In this document: positions 12,541 through 23,367 of the stretch, piece by piece
Position numbering within the stretch: the first letter of the stretch is position 1
Layout: each line of letters opens with the position of its first letter
Made by a program: the position numbers and the translations under genes
From: Octopus bimaculoides
Lineage: Eukaryota
Length of the DNA stretch: 43,365 nt
Assembly (NCBI RefSeq): GCF_001194135.2
Contig: NC_068998.1
Coordinates: forward strand, 14,766,104 to 14,809,468
Direction: 5' to 3'
Notes under the pieces: generated by a model
The model's input: the letters and a program-made list of their open reading frames with translations, nothing else
Databases searched by the model: none
What the model was told of the DNA's origin: nothing

Positions 12541-12720
12541 CAATTTGGGCTAAAGTAAGGCTAGCAATTTTAATAGAGAGGAAACATCGAGCCCAGTGTT
12601 CAACTGGTACTTTAATATATCGACTCGAAGGAAGAAAGGCGAAGGTAATCTCGGCGCAATTGAAACACAAAATGCAAAGAATTGCAAAGCACTTTCTCGA
12701 CGCTATAAAGTTTCTGTAAC
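12541..12720 (-). mobile_element. SINE family A, decayed
   Basis: cccagtgttcaactggtactttaatatatcgactcgaaggaagaaaggcgaagg matches the reverse of the family body. Confidence 0.75.
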
Positions 12721-12732
12721 CTTATTACTTTT

Positions 12733-12799
<67 letters not shown>
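12733..12799. repeat. (AGT)n microsatellite at a SINE tail
   Basis: Direct reading, about 22 units. Confidence 0.97.
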
Positions 12800-13025
12800 C
12801 CTCTTTAATATAGGCACAAGGCCTGAAATTTGGTAGAGGGGTTGGTCTATAAGAGATACTTATTGTATCAGCCCCGAAAGTTCGAGTTGGCAGAATATGT
12901 AATCAGACCGTAAAGAGAAACGACCGTAAAGAGAAACGACCGTAAAGAGAAACGACCGTAAAGAGAAGAGAAACAAAACGTCGCTAAGCAGTGTTCCCAG
13001 TGTGCTAACGATTCTTCCAGTTTGC
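12800..13025 (-). mobile_element. SINE family A with an internal 16-bp tandem expansion
   Basis: ggcacaaggcctgaaatttggtagaggg (3' end) ... gtgctaacgattcttccagtttgc (5' end); gaccgtaaagagaaac x3.9 at 12906-12967. Confidence 0.8.
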
Positions 13026-13038
13026 ATCAAAATGTTAG

Positions 13039-13245
13039 CATGTACAAGTTTTGTCTTGGTATAAAAGATGAACTGCAGCAATTATTCTACTCAATACCAC
13101 AGATTTGGTTGTCACTTGCTTGACCTTAACCAACTGAGCATGTCCCTTAGTGGCTGACGCTATGTGCATCTCTGATCACAAGGAGGTGTAGTGGGAGAGC
13201 ATCCTACTACGTGTTGAGAGGAATTCCTTAGAGTTTGAATAACTA
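13039..13245 (-). mobile_element. Dispersed repeat family D (retroposon-like), partial
   Basis: Clearly homologous to 20607-20815 (ttgtcttggtataaaagatg...ataccacagatttg...gagcatgtccctt.gtggctgacg.tatgtgcatctctgatca). Confidence 0.85.
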
Positions 13246-13593
13246 TCTCCTATAAGGATGTTGTCAAATTAGCGCGCCACTTAACCCCTACAGAACGTTC
13301 TGGTGGTAAGATCAGCGAACGCGACTGTGTTGGCTGATGAAAAACGTCAAAGTACAACACAAGCGCGATTCGACATCCGAATAAAATAGGAAAGGCTTAA
13401 ATATCACCACCACCAACATATTTTTCATTGTCCCTTTATTATTCAGCCCACGCATTTGTTTGAATCTGTCAAACTACCGGTGCAAATAACTAAGGAAAAT
13501 ATAATCACAAAATGAAGCAATGATTTTTGTTGCCTGAACAAATCCATATTTAATAAATTTTTACATTTCTGGGCTTTATTATATCGGTGTTGT

Positions 13594-13930
13594 TACACAC
13601 ACACACGCACGCACACACACACACATACACATAGCACACACGTATGCACCCGCACTCGCACACGCACACTCACATACACGCACATATATGTATGTATATA
13701 TATGTGTATATATATATACCTATACATGTAAATATACATATATATATATACATATGCATATACATATACATACATATATGTATATATATATACATGTAAA
13801 TATACATATAAATATATATGTATATACATATATATACATATACAAATACATCCATGTACATATCTATCTATTTATCTATCTATCTACCAATCTATCAATA
13901 TATATATATATATATGTATATATGTATATA
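13594..13930. repeat. Compound (CA)n/(TA)n/(TATC)n low-complexity tract
   Basis: Direct reading. Confidence 0.95.
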
Positions 13931-13998
13931 TCTCTTTCCTTTCCTGAGCGTCCAATAATACTATCCATATCACGCCCCCACTTTGTTGTTTTTTTGTT

Positions 13999-14430
13999 NN
14001 NNNNNNNNNNNNNNNNNNNNNNNNNNNNNNNNNNNNNNNNNNNNNNNNNNNNNNNNNNNNNNNNNNNNNNNNNNNNNNNNNNNNNNNNNNNNNNNNNNNN
14101 NNNNNNNNNNNNNNNNNNNNNNNNNNNNNNNNNNNNNNNNNNNNNNNNNNNNNNNNNNNNNNNNNNNNNNNNNNNNNNNNNNNNNNNNNNNNNNNNNNNN
14201 NNNNNNNNNNNNNNNNNNNNNNNNNNNNNNNNNNNNNNNNNNNNNNNNNNNNNNNNNNNNNNNNNNNNNNNNNNNNNNNNNNNNNNNNNNNNNNNNNNNN
14301 NNNNNNNNNNNNNNNNNNNNNNNNNNNNNNNNNNNNNNNNNNNNNNNNNNNNNNNNNNNNNNNNNNNNNNNNNNNNNNNNNNNNNNNNNNNNNNNNNNNN
14401 NNNNNNNNNNNNNNNNNNNNNNNNNNNNNN
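13999..14430. other. Assembly gap (432 N)
   Basis: Run of N. Confidence 1.
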
Positions 14431-14471
<41 letters not shown>

Positions 14472-15409
14472 GATATATATATATATATGTGTGTATGTAT
14501 GTATATATATATTCGAATTGATGTTTTATGTTTTTACGATACCGTAAATAGATAAACATTTCAACACTTTGCTTTTTACGTCTATCGAATTAGTGTTCGG
14601 TATTATTTTATAGCTTGTTCTACTGGAACGGATATGCATCAGGTTAAGATTTAATTGTAAGGATAAGGAATAGCAAAGCAAAGATTTTATCGATGTAGCC
14701 TAACAACGCACAAAACAAATGCGTAAATATGTATATCAGATACAGTGTATATCCACGCAGATGCAAAATGTCGATTATACATTTACTATTCAGATAAGCT
14801 TTCGAATTTTTCTCGCTAAAACATATACAATAAAAGAATTAATGAGTGGAATCGAATATTCGTCTATAATGGATATACACATAATTTATTAGAAACAATA
14901 TATAGAATAAACGTACTATTGGTATAAATAAACATAATTTTGTCCCTTAACCATGTTGTTCTGGGGTCGAATCTCTTGCTCGTATGTTTATGTCTTCGAT
15001 CTCGTAGCTTTTCATTGACCAATATTTCGTGAATGGAAGTGCACAGATGCGTCTCAGAATACATGATTCTGGTGATAATATCCCCTTCTCATGCGGAGTT
15101 GTCTTAAATACAATATCGTAATTGAGGTATCCTGTGGAGTCAGAGATAGTTCGAATAAGACAATAATTTAAACTGTATGGCATTGGATAGAACTGTTCTT
15201 GTCTTTGCTGTTGAAAGACATGCCACTAGCGACCCCAAAATATTTCTCTTGGCTCTCTTTAATTCTTTCTTTCCCTCCTATATATATATATATATATATA
15301 TATTAATAGTAATGGTAAGATAGCAAAAGAATGAATGAGACAACGATATTATGTAAATAGAGGAATTTATTTGTAATATAATATGTGACAATTATTCGGC
15401 TGCCATAAT

Positions 15410-15522
15410 AAAACTCCGAGTTTCGGATGTCGGGATGGAAAGCTGCACCGGCACGGCTTCAATTATCGAAGCAATTGTCTCAATAACTGAAGAGATGCCG
15501 GTGCAGGTTTCCGCCCCGACAT
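15410..15522. repeat. Imperfect palindrome (96-nt hairpin 15427-15522) containing hammerhead-core remnants
   Basis: atgtcgggatggaaagctgcaccggca...caattg...tgccggtgcaggtttccgccccgacat; CTGAAGA at 15487-15493 (+) and CC-GAAAC-tcgga-GTT on the minus strand at 15426-15412. Confidence 0.8.
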
Positions 15523-15539
15523 AAGAGATATAATATATC

Positions 15540-15680
15540 TGACAGGCTTTCGGACAGTTTCATTCAACTTAATTTCACTCACTTGGCTTAAGTAAACCAA
15601 ACCAATAGCAAAAGCCACGCGAGAATAGGCTGAGCAGAGGCATCGAACTCGAGCCGCTATGATTGCTAAGTTAATGACTT
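15540..15680 (-). mobile_element. SINE family C, decayed
   Basis: gacaggctttcggacagtttcattc...ggcatcgaactc; related to 42285-42430. Confidence 0.45.
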
Positions 15681-15935
15681 AAAATTTTAGCAATATTTGT
15701 GGCCATTTCTAAATTATATATCCATTACCAAAGAGCGAAGGAACAATTAAGTAGTGATATGACAACATGAAATGCCAGTGAAGGATGTAGTACCAGATAA
15801 GGGGATTGATGGGGATGGTCACGGTTACTTAACGTTGTATCCATATATTACTCTATCAGTATTAAGATGATATTAAACATCAACAGCTCAAAAGTACCAA
15901 CTACAAAATATCACACAGATATCGAAGAACTCTAT

Positions 15936-15948
15936 GTGCGTGTGTATG

Positions 15949-16031
<83 letters not shown>
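15936..16031. repeat. (TA)n(CA)n(TA)n microsatellite
   Basis: Direct reading. Confidence 0.97.
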
Positions 16032-16034
<3 letters not shown>

Positions 16035-16121
16035 TAAATTATAGGGTAGCAAAAAAAAATTTAGAAATTTTATTTACCACCAGTGGTCTAGCGAGAGTAA
16101 AAAAACAGTCAATAGACTATG

Positions 16122-16419
16122 TATTATTCATTTAAAATGCAGAGATGCCTATAATATGACATCTACTCGCTAGAAATAGCAGCAAAAGACTATATACCAC
16201 AAAATTAGGGATAATTTAGTCCGACCTTGTTAAAATATATAATTTTTATCTTACTAAAATTGACTTGAAACCATGGTACAGAATATAGATTGGTAAAAGT
16301 TTTTATTTTTCATTTCCTTTCGAAATTATCCCTAATTTTTGTGGTATATAGTCTTTTGCTGCTATTTCTAGCGAGTAGATGTCCTATTATAGGCATCTCT
16401 GCATTTTAAATGAATAATA
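16122..16419. mobile_element. MITE with ~97-bp near-perfect terminal inverted repeats, probable TA TSD (Tc1/mariner-like)
   Basis: 16122-16218 (tattattcatttaaaatgcagagatgcctataat...agggataattt) is the reverse complement of 16323-16419 except for one substitution and one 1-nt indel. Confidence 0.9.
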
Positions 16420-16440
16420 TATATATATATATATATATAG

Positions 16441-16510
<70 letters not shown>

Positions 16511-16732
16511 ATATATGCGTATGTATACGAGATACTCGTTTCTAAAATACCTGCACACATACACACCGAAACGCACACACACACACGCATATGTTTCAAC
16601 ATTGAAATTCAAATGTGTGAATATATATACATTTATTCGTGTCTGAGCGCATGCATGTGCAGATGAGTTATATGTGGATGTTATATGTGGATGTTATATG
16701 TGTGTATGTGTGCAGGTGCGTGTGTGCGTGCA

Positions 16733-16770
<38 letters not shown>

Positions 16771-16790
16771 CGTGCGGGTGGGCGAGTGTG
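16418..16790. repeat. (TA)n/(GT)n compound microsatellite region
   Basis: Direct reading. Confidence 0.93.
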
Positions 16791-17119
16791 CTTGAATGCA
16801 AAATAATTAGAGTTTGAGCGTCTTCTGTTATGCAAATGTGATCGGCTGTTTGTGCTTAGCCCAAATGTGTATGCATTATAATACTCATAAGCTAGGAATC
16901 TCCCACAGGACAGAAGATGGATATTTTTTTTCTGACAGAGATAAAGCAAGAATAGTATATATATATAAAAAAAAACATATTTCTCAATGACTAACATTAT
17001 TGTCATAAATATTCTGGAAAAAGTAAACAAAACAACGTAGTCATGCTATACGGTCATTAGGGACTGAACATTTAGCCTCTGTCCAGGGAGTTATTGGTAA
17101 AATGTAATTGCTAATATAC

Positions 17120-17502
17120 AGCCAGTATCACGCGCATGGCATACATACGACATAGATATCGTTGCCGAACCAACAGATCAGCTGCAAATTATATTGATAG
17201 GACTGTCGCTCATAGCTCAGCAGTAGTCCTTAAAATTACCACAAAGCAAACAAAATACATGCAGTCCGGTAACATATCACAAGGCTGAACAGTGTTGGGA
17301 ATTGATGAAATTGAGAAGATAAAGAAATGCATCTACTTTAGGCACACAGTGAATATGTACTGAGACAGAGATGGTGAAATCTCGAAAAGAATAAGGACAG
17401 GATTGAAGATGTTTAGTTCAGTAAACGATGTGCTCATAGCAAAGCTGGCCGAGACCATACATGGCAGGCATTACAATAGCGCCGTCCTAACTGCGCTTTG
17501 AT
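17120..17502 (+). mobile_element. Decayed RTE-clade LINE reverse transcriptase C-terminal fragment
   Basis: TYDIDIVAEPTDQLQIIL (FADDIVLIA..QLQ.ML), VVLKITTKQTKYMQS (GLKIN..KTKYM), EIEKIKKCIYFRHTVNMY*DRDGEISKRIRTGLKMFSS...YNSAVL (YVYLG..I...EI.RRI..GW..F...FNS.VL); frameshifts and stops. Confidence 0.75.
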
Positions 17503-18419
17503 AGGAAAATGATACGTGAGCTACTTATATTTTGGTACCACGTTGTTTCCTATTTAGTCACGTAAGACAGCAAATGTAGAGCCTGAGAGTATACCTTTGG
17601 TTATTTCCTCTACTTGCTTCTGTTTAGCATGGCACTAATAATTTCTGAAGTACGCAAGCTATTGTCGCGGTTGTTTCTTTATTTTATTTTTGCACGAGAA
17701 TTTTATTTATTTATTTATCTATTTTATTTATTGCACAATATAATATGGTTTGTTTTGTGTCTGGCACGGAAACATTAGTAAACAAACTTCTTAGTTTGAA
17801 TTGCAGATGTTGTCTTCTTCACTGGTCTCTACCAATTTCTTTCTAACATGGCCTTATACTGTTTTGTCTAGTATATATTGATTGATAATGTTATCTAATA
17901 GTTCAACGATCTTCTAATGTTAATGTATTTATTTGACATATTATGGACGGCGAGGTTATTAATTTATTTGCCTTTTAATTGTTTGTTGATTTGTGCTGGA
18001 GTAAATTCTCTTTCTGAGAGGAGGCTAACTGAAATTTTATTCATGTCTTTATCACCATATTTAATTTATTCAATTTAATTATTAATTCTGTGGTATTAGT
18101 TTCGTGAATACTCATGAATTTGGTTTTGAGATTGAATACATTTGTAATTCTTGAAGTATATTTGACCGCTGTCACTTATACATAAACAACGTCCATACAC
18201 ATACACAAATACATTCACACAAATACATATGTACGCAATTATGCAAATATGACTGCGTTATGTTTTTATATGTAATGTAGAGCTCCTCTTCGGTCTTCTT
18301 TTAGGTTTAGTTCAAAGTTTTCCTGTCTGAGGTCAATTTTTTTGCAAGCATTTTGTGTAGTGTTATCACTGCATATCTGTAAACTGTATTTACGTCGATT
18401 CAAAATGTAAACCAAAACC

Positions 18420-19110
18420 CGTTGCATAATTCCCCTTCTCTTTCCCTAACATACCTGAACTCAAATCCGCCCTCGATCCTATGTATTACTACTTACAAAC
18501 ACAGATACCACAGAGTCCATTCTCCACAACGCATTCTCCTATAGGATCCTATCTCTCTTTACCTAAGGTAACTACTCGGTAATCTACTAGTTCTTTGCTA
18601 ACTTTAAGTATCTTTGACAATATGTATGCTTCAGTCCTCCCTCTTCTAAAGGACGTCTTCACAGAACACTGAAACTAGACTCATGGGCATTTCTCTCTCT
18701 CTACAGCGCTACACAACCAAAAGTTACACTCAGAGGTTCCGTAGTAGTTCGATCAAAGAACATGATATAGAACGCAAGGGGGAAATCATCACACCTACAA
18801 ACCCTGCATTGCAACTATAGCCAGGCCCTCATCCGAACTACGAAGGTTGCGTCCATTCACCGCACAGCCTACAATTTCTTCTGCCGCTCCTCAAAATTGC
18901 AACTGATTCTTTTTGTCCTTTGTGAAAAGAGTTCCTATGAATCAGTTTCCTACTCTTTTCGGCTACCATGGTATTGCAATCAGTAATGGCGTGGGGAAAT
19001 TCTCCACATCGGTAGTTACTGCCCGCTTTGCATCCAACCTTAAACAGTTGTACACCGACTCTCTTGATGTTACATTTGTCGTTTTAATTATAGTGCATAG
19101 CCATCGATTA
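18420..19110 (+). mobile_element. Highly decayed Penelope-like (Poseidon/Neptune-type) linker and GIY-YIG end
   Basis: Patchy motifs: SLSLTY, ISLYLR*LLGNLLV (cf. LISFKRDKNIGNFLV), NFFCRSSKLQLILFVLCEK (cf. FTCTSSNVIYCITCTLC), NLKQLYTDSLDVTF (cf. LGTL.P.GLN..F). Confidence 0.35.
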
Positions 19111-19574
19111 AATATATCAAATAAAAAAAAACAGAACTGAAGCATCAATTTATAATCAATACAAGATTAGAAAATTGCAATTATCTTAGTCGTTCTAATG
19201 CTCTTTCTTCTATCTTAAAAATTATGAGAACGCAATTCGAACAACATTTCTCGTTACGGTCCTGTTATCTATTCCTTTATAATTGTTCTCGTTAGAATAT
19301 CGTTATCTACTTTATGCTAAAACAACAAAACATTGCATTAATTTTGTCTGATTAAACCGATCTTATCTTAGACATTAGCATTATATATACTTGATTGCTA
19401 TCATTTACAATTCTTCCAATGTTTATTCCGACAAATTATTATGTGAATAAAATCGAATAACAAGCAAAGAGCAAAAGAAGTTATTAATGTACTTAAGAGC
19501 TAAATATCTAAATTTAAGAACTGAAATGTTTTTTTGCGGAGGATAGCGTTCATTGCCTTAAATAATAACAATTG

Positions 19575-19932
19575 TTTCTTATTTAGGCGCAGGACCAGCA
19601 ATTTTGGAAGAGAGGTTTGTACGTACCATTTGCATCTCTACTTGATAGATATTTTATTTTACCGTTTCCATCCCACTAGGATGACAGGTAAAGTTGACCA
19701 CGCTGCAATTTGAAAGCAGAACATAATGTGTGCTGGATAAAATATCGCAAAGCATTTCCCGACACTCAAACGATTCTGCCACCTTGCCGCCTTAAATAAT
19801 GGCTTCTTATTTGGACCCAAACCCAGTAGTTTTATAAATAATTTGGAGTAGGTAGTATCATCGATTGAATGTTTTCATAAAACTTTTAGCATTTGGGGCA
19901 AAGATGACCTCGGTGGAATTTAAAGTCAAAAC
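19575..19932 (-). mobile_element. Two tandem SINE family A copies (19575-19791 and partial 19810-19932)
   Basis: cgattctgccaccttgccgcc (reverse 5' end); ggcaaagatgacctcggtggaatttaaagtcaaaac (reverse core). Confidence 0.8.
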
Positions 19933-19959
19933 CACAACAGGTTGTGGCAACAGAAGCAA

Positions 19960-20540
19960 GTGGCGAAAGTGCTACATTGGAAACTGTGTGAAAAGTGGAG
20001 GCTTGAGAGAGGCAAGACGTAGTATGAGCACAAACTGGCAGAGAGTGGCGGAGTCGGAGACTAGCAAAATCCTCTGGGATTTCCCAATCCAAACTAATCA
20101 GATGCTAGAGCATTACAGACCGATTCCTAGTGGTGGTCAACAAGATGCACCACATATGCTTTATAGTTGATGTTGCGTGCCCCTTTAACCCACGAATAGT
20201 CAAGGAGAAAGGTGAAAAAATAGATAAATACAACACTCTTAAGTAGGAAATAGCCCGGGTATGGAAAATGAAGAATGTGAAGATAGTGCCAATTATTGTT
20301 GGGTCCTTGGGGACAGTATCAGAATACATCAATAGGAATACAAAACAAATTGGTGCCCAGTAGAACTGCTGCAAAAGATTTGCCTCCTTGGCAGGTTCAG
20401 AATAATCAGGAAAGTATTAGATAGCTGAAAAGAATGGATACCAATATATTGTAGGCTACAGGAAGCAAGCGCGCTACGCATGCAAGATGTCAGAAGTTGC
20501 TGTAAAGCATGATAAAGAAAGAAAAAATAATAATAATAAA
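19960..20540 (+). mobile_element. 3' end of an R4/Dong-like non-LTR retrotransposon (RLE domain, 3' UTR, (TAA)n)
   Basis: VAKVLHWKLCEKWRLERGKT*YEHK / RVAESETSKILWDFPIQTNQMLEHYRP / IVDVACPFNPRIVKEKGEKIDKYNTLK*EIARVWKMKNVKIVPIIVGSLGTV / ELLQKICLLGRFRIIRKVLDS*; PD..D..EK RLE pattern; taataataataa at ~20528-20539. Confidence 0.9.
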
Positions 20541-20905
20541 TGCCCGGATGCAGTACCAGGCAGTGGCTCTCATGGCTTCTGATCTTAATTGATTTGAAGT
20601 GTTATCATGTACATTGTTTTGTCTTGGTATAAAAGATGGGCTACAGCAAATATTCTGCTTAATACCACAGATTTGCTTGTCAGTTGTTTGACCTTAACCA
20701 GTTGAGCATGTCCCTTGGTGGCTGACGATATGTGCATCTCTGATCATGAGCAGAAGTAGTGGGGGAGCATCATAGCTATGTATTGAGAGGAATTCTTTGG
20801 GATTTGAATAATTCACCTTTGGAAACATAGGTGTTTTGCTCAACATCCTTAAATAAATCTTATTCAAGACCTTTTCAGCGGGATGGGCTACTCGACCTGA
20901 AGAAA
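20541..20905 (-). mobile_element. Dispersed repeat family D (retroposon-like, ends in (ATT)n on the minus strand)
   Basis: Homology to 13039-13245; minus strand ends ...ggtactgcatccgggcatttattattatt. Confidence 0.8.
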
Positions 20906-21135
20906 ATTCTTACTGGGCCCCACCTGCGAGGTCCTTACCTTCGAAACGCGGATTAGATGAAACAGGGACAACTGATGAAGGGGAATAATCTTTATGTTGC
21001 ATCTCTCGTATCTCTGTTTGTTTTTTTAGTTGTTCGAAAAAGAGTTCGTTTTCTATGGTTTTGCTTTTATGTTTTCGTTTCTCATAGTGTTTAACGTTAT
21101 TTTGATGTCCTCTACCCATATATGTATATATTATA

Positions 21136-21643
21136 AGATCCAATAGGGTATAAAATAACACATGTTAAAATCAGAGCCTACGCTCCCAAAACTACCATAA
21201 AACTCATAATAAAGATACATACATATAATTTACCTTATATTGTGCCTGTAATGGTGTGAACTTGTTAGCCACCTTTTTATTACTATAAATAATGGTAATA
21301 TTACTTCTTATTTAAATTTTTCTTGTTCACGATAGTTTGTTTTTTTAAATCGAGCGGAACGTTTAAAGTAAGAAATGCACGTGAGCTAATGTAGTGAATA
21401 TTTTATAAATAGATGTAAAAATGTTATTTTCAACTGAAGATCGCAGAGTAAGGTTGTCATGCAAAGCTTGAATTCAATTGGTATTGAAATATACATTACT
21501 TGCTGCTGTATTCAACGCAAAGGTAAGCATATTTTTCATATGTTTATTGCACTGCTCGTAGGTATTTTTATCGTGAGATTTATGATGTTCTTTTTAGCTT
21601 TGGTTCTGTTTTAGCAAGTAGTATTTCATACCCTATTGAATCT
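21136..21643. mobile_element. Diverged foldback/MITE with ~85-bp inverted arms
   Basis: 21136-21222 (agatccaatagggtataaaataac...cataaaactcataataaagatacatac) matches the reverse complement of 21558-21643 (agattcaatagggtatgaaatact...cataaatctcacgataaaatacctac). Confidence 0.75.
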
Positions 21644-21735
21644 AATTTATCTTATATTGTGCCTGAACTATTTTAACTTGCTAGCCACCTTATTATTACT
21701 ATAAATAACGGTAATAATATTTCTTATTTATATTA
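21227..21735 (+). repeat. Diverged ~90-bp direct repeat pair (21227-21316 and 21644-21735)
   Basis: aattta(c/t)cttatattgtgcctg...aacttg(t/c)tagccacctt.ttattactataaataa(t/c)ggtaata...ttcttattta in both. Confidence 0.9.
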
Positions 21736-23322
21736 GAAAATAACATACATATATATATGTACACATAAGTACATATATGTCTGTATGTATACATGTATGG
21801 TGTGTTCTATTATATCAGAAAATAATATCCTTCTGGGAGAGATTTTTGTGCTTCATCTGTTCCACTGAACACAATCGCAACAGTGTACGAATTTTATAAA
21901 CCCATATTGAGAAAATTAAATATTAAGTACTTCGCGTTAAGCTTGCTCCAGACAAGCAAGCTTAATAAGCGCACCGCAAAACAAATATCTCTTTAATATC
22001 ATTCATGGAGTCGAAACTCATCTATCCGTCGATAAGTATCTAAAGTCCATATCTAATACAATAACTTGAGCCGAGCCGGTAATTACGAATGTATAATGTA
22101 AAGTTGAATACTTCTTCCTACACTATATCATCTGAAAATATTTCAGCATCTATGTGAGCATTTATAACGAAAAATATTTCTCCACAAACGATGTAAAGCA
22201 GTCAACAGTAATGAACTACAAGGAATCTTATGTTGCAGGCTCTTGCGAATGACTGAGTTTTTTGTAAACCAGAGGAGGTGGTCAAATTAAACAAATATTA
22301 AATCTACCCAAACAATTAATTGAAATACAAATATATAACACTAAACTGTGAAAGGTAGCCGCAAACTGACATTGCGGCCTCAGTGTCCTGAGAGTCTTTG
22401 TTAGATCTGTACTAACTTCAGATTTAGTTAATCGATTCTCTCAAATATTAATCGGTTCTTATTTTGCTACAATTTGTTTGTGAACGTTAATAGCGTAATT
22501 TTTACTTGGAAGAAACGTTACAACGTAGGTATTATAATCCACGTTGGAGACGTTTCTCCTTAAATTCTATTTATTTTTGCTGTCACGGTTTTCTGCGGAT
22601 ATAATATTTCCATTTTTCTTCATTATACTTATTTTCTTTCCTTTAACAAATTTTTTGGATCATTTCAATTGCATATTTTACGTCCTTTGTAATAAAATTG
22701 TTCTTTCTTATTTTTCTTTACGCTTTGCATTTCGTCTGAACCACACGCTTTTCATAATAATTCAACATGCAATTCTTAAATTTTCTTTTCTTTCTATCTT
22801 TCACATTTATCGCTGTTTTACAGTATAAGGAATACAATTTCAAAAGCCATATGTTCTCTATATCTGTATTTTTTTACGGAAACATATTCAAAACTTAACC
22901 TTCGCTCGCAATGTTTGTACTTTATGGCTTTTAGAAGATATTAAGTATTTTGTTTTTCCTTTTATTACAGTACTTGGACATGTTGTGTTGTTATATTGAG
23001 TGTGTACTGGCATTTATGTCATTTTCCTCGTAATCAACGAAACATAAGTATACATTACGTTTCAACAATTCACACATGAGAACACTTATAAATACAAGCA
23101 GAAAAAATAACTTCACAAAGGTACCATTAAGTAATAGCTACGTAAATATATTCAAGTAATATCTTCATCGAAAAATATTTCAGAACTTATTTATGAATAT
23201 CTTCATTAATCTCATTTTGAGAATTACAGAGCAAAATTTGTTTTAATTAACGAATATAACTATGCAGTTTTACATACCAAGTTTCATTATCTCTCCCCCT
23301 TTTTTGCAACTATGTAAGTATG

Positions 23323-23325
<3 letters not shown>

Positions 23326-23366
<41 letters not shown>
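23326..23366. repeat. (TA)n microsatellite
   Basis: Direct reading. Confidence 0.97.

Positions 23367-23367
<1 letters not shown>

Noticed and set aside
12906-12967. 16-bp direct repeats as a CRISPR-like array
   Set aside because: Head-to-tail with no spacers, inside a SINE, in a eukaryotic context.
13593-14559. YI/HT/VC-repeat ORFs, some spanning a gap
   Set aside because: Dinucleotide repeats lack stops in several frames; the same applies to ORFs at 9239-9501, 16387-17030, 24685-25921, 27577-28015, 31527-32694 and 33093-33535.
20910-21161. 83-aa minus-strand ORF with a GAAG|gtaagg donor-like site
   Set aside because: No recognisable domain or acceptor; lies between repeats and overlaps a hammerhead-like relic on the other strand.
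21410-21530. Candidate exon with gtaagg and gtaagc donors
   Set aside because: All frames close quickly and the segment is inside a foldback element.
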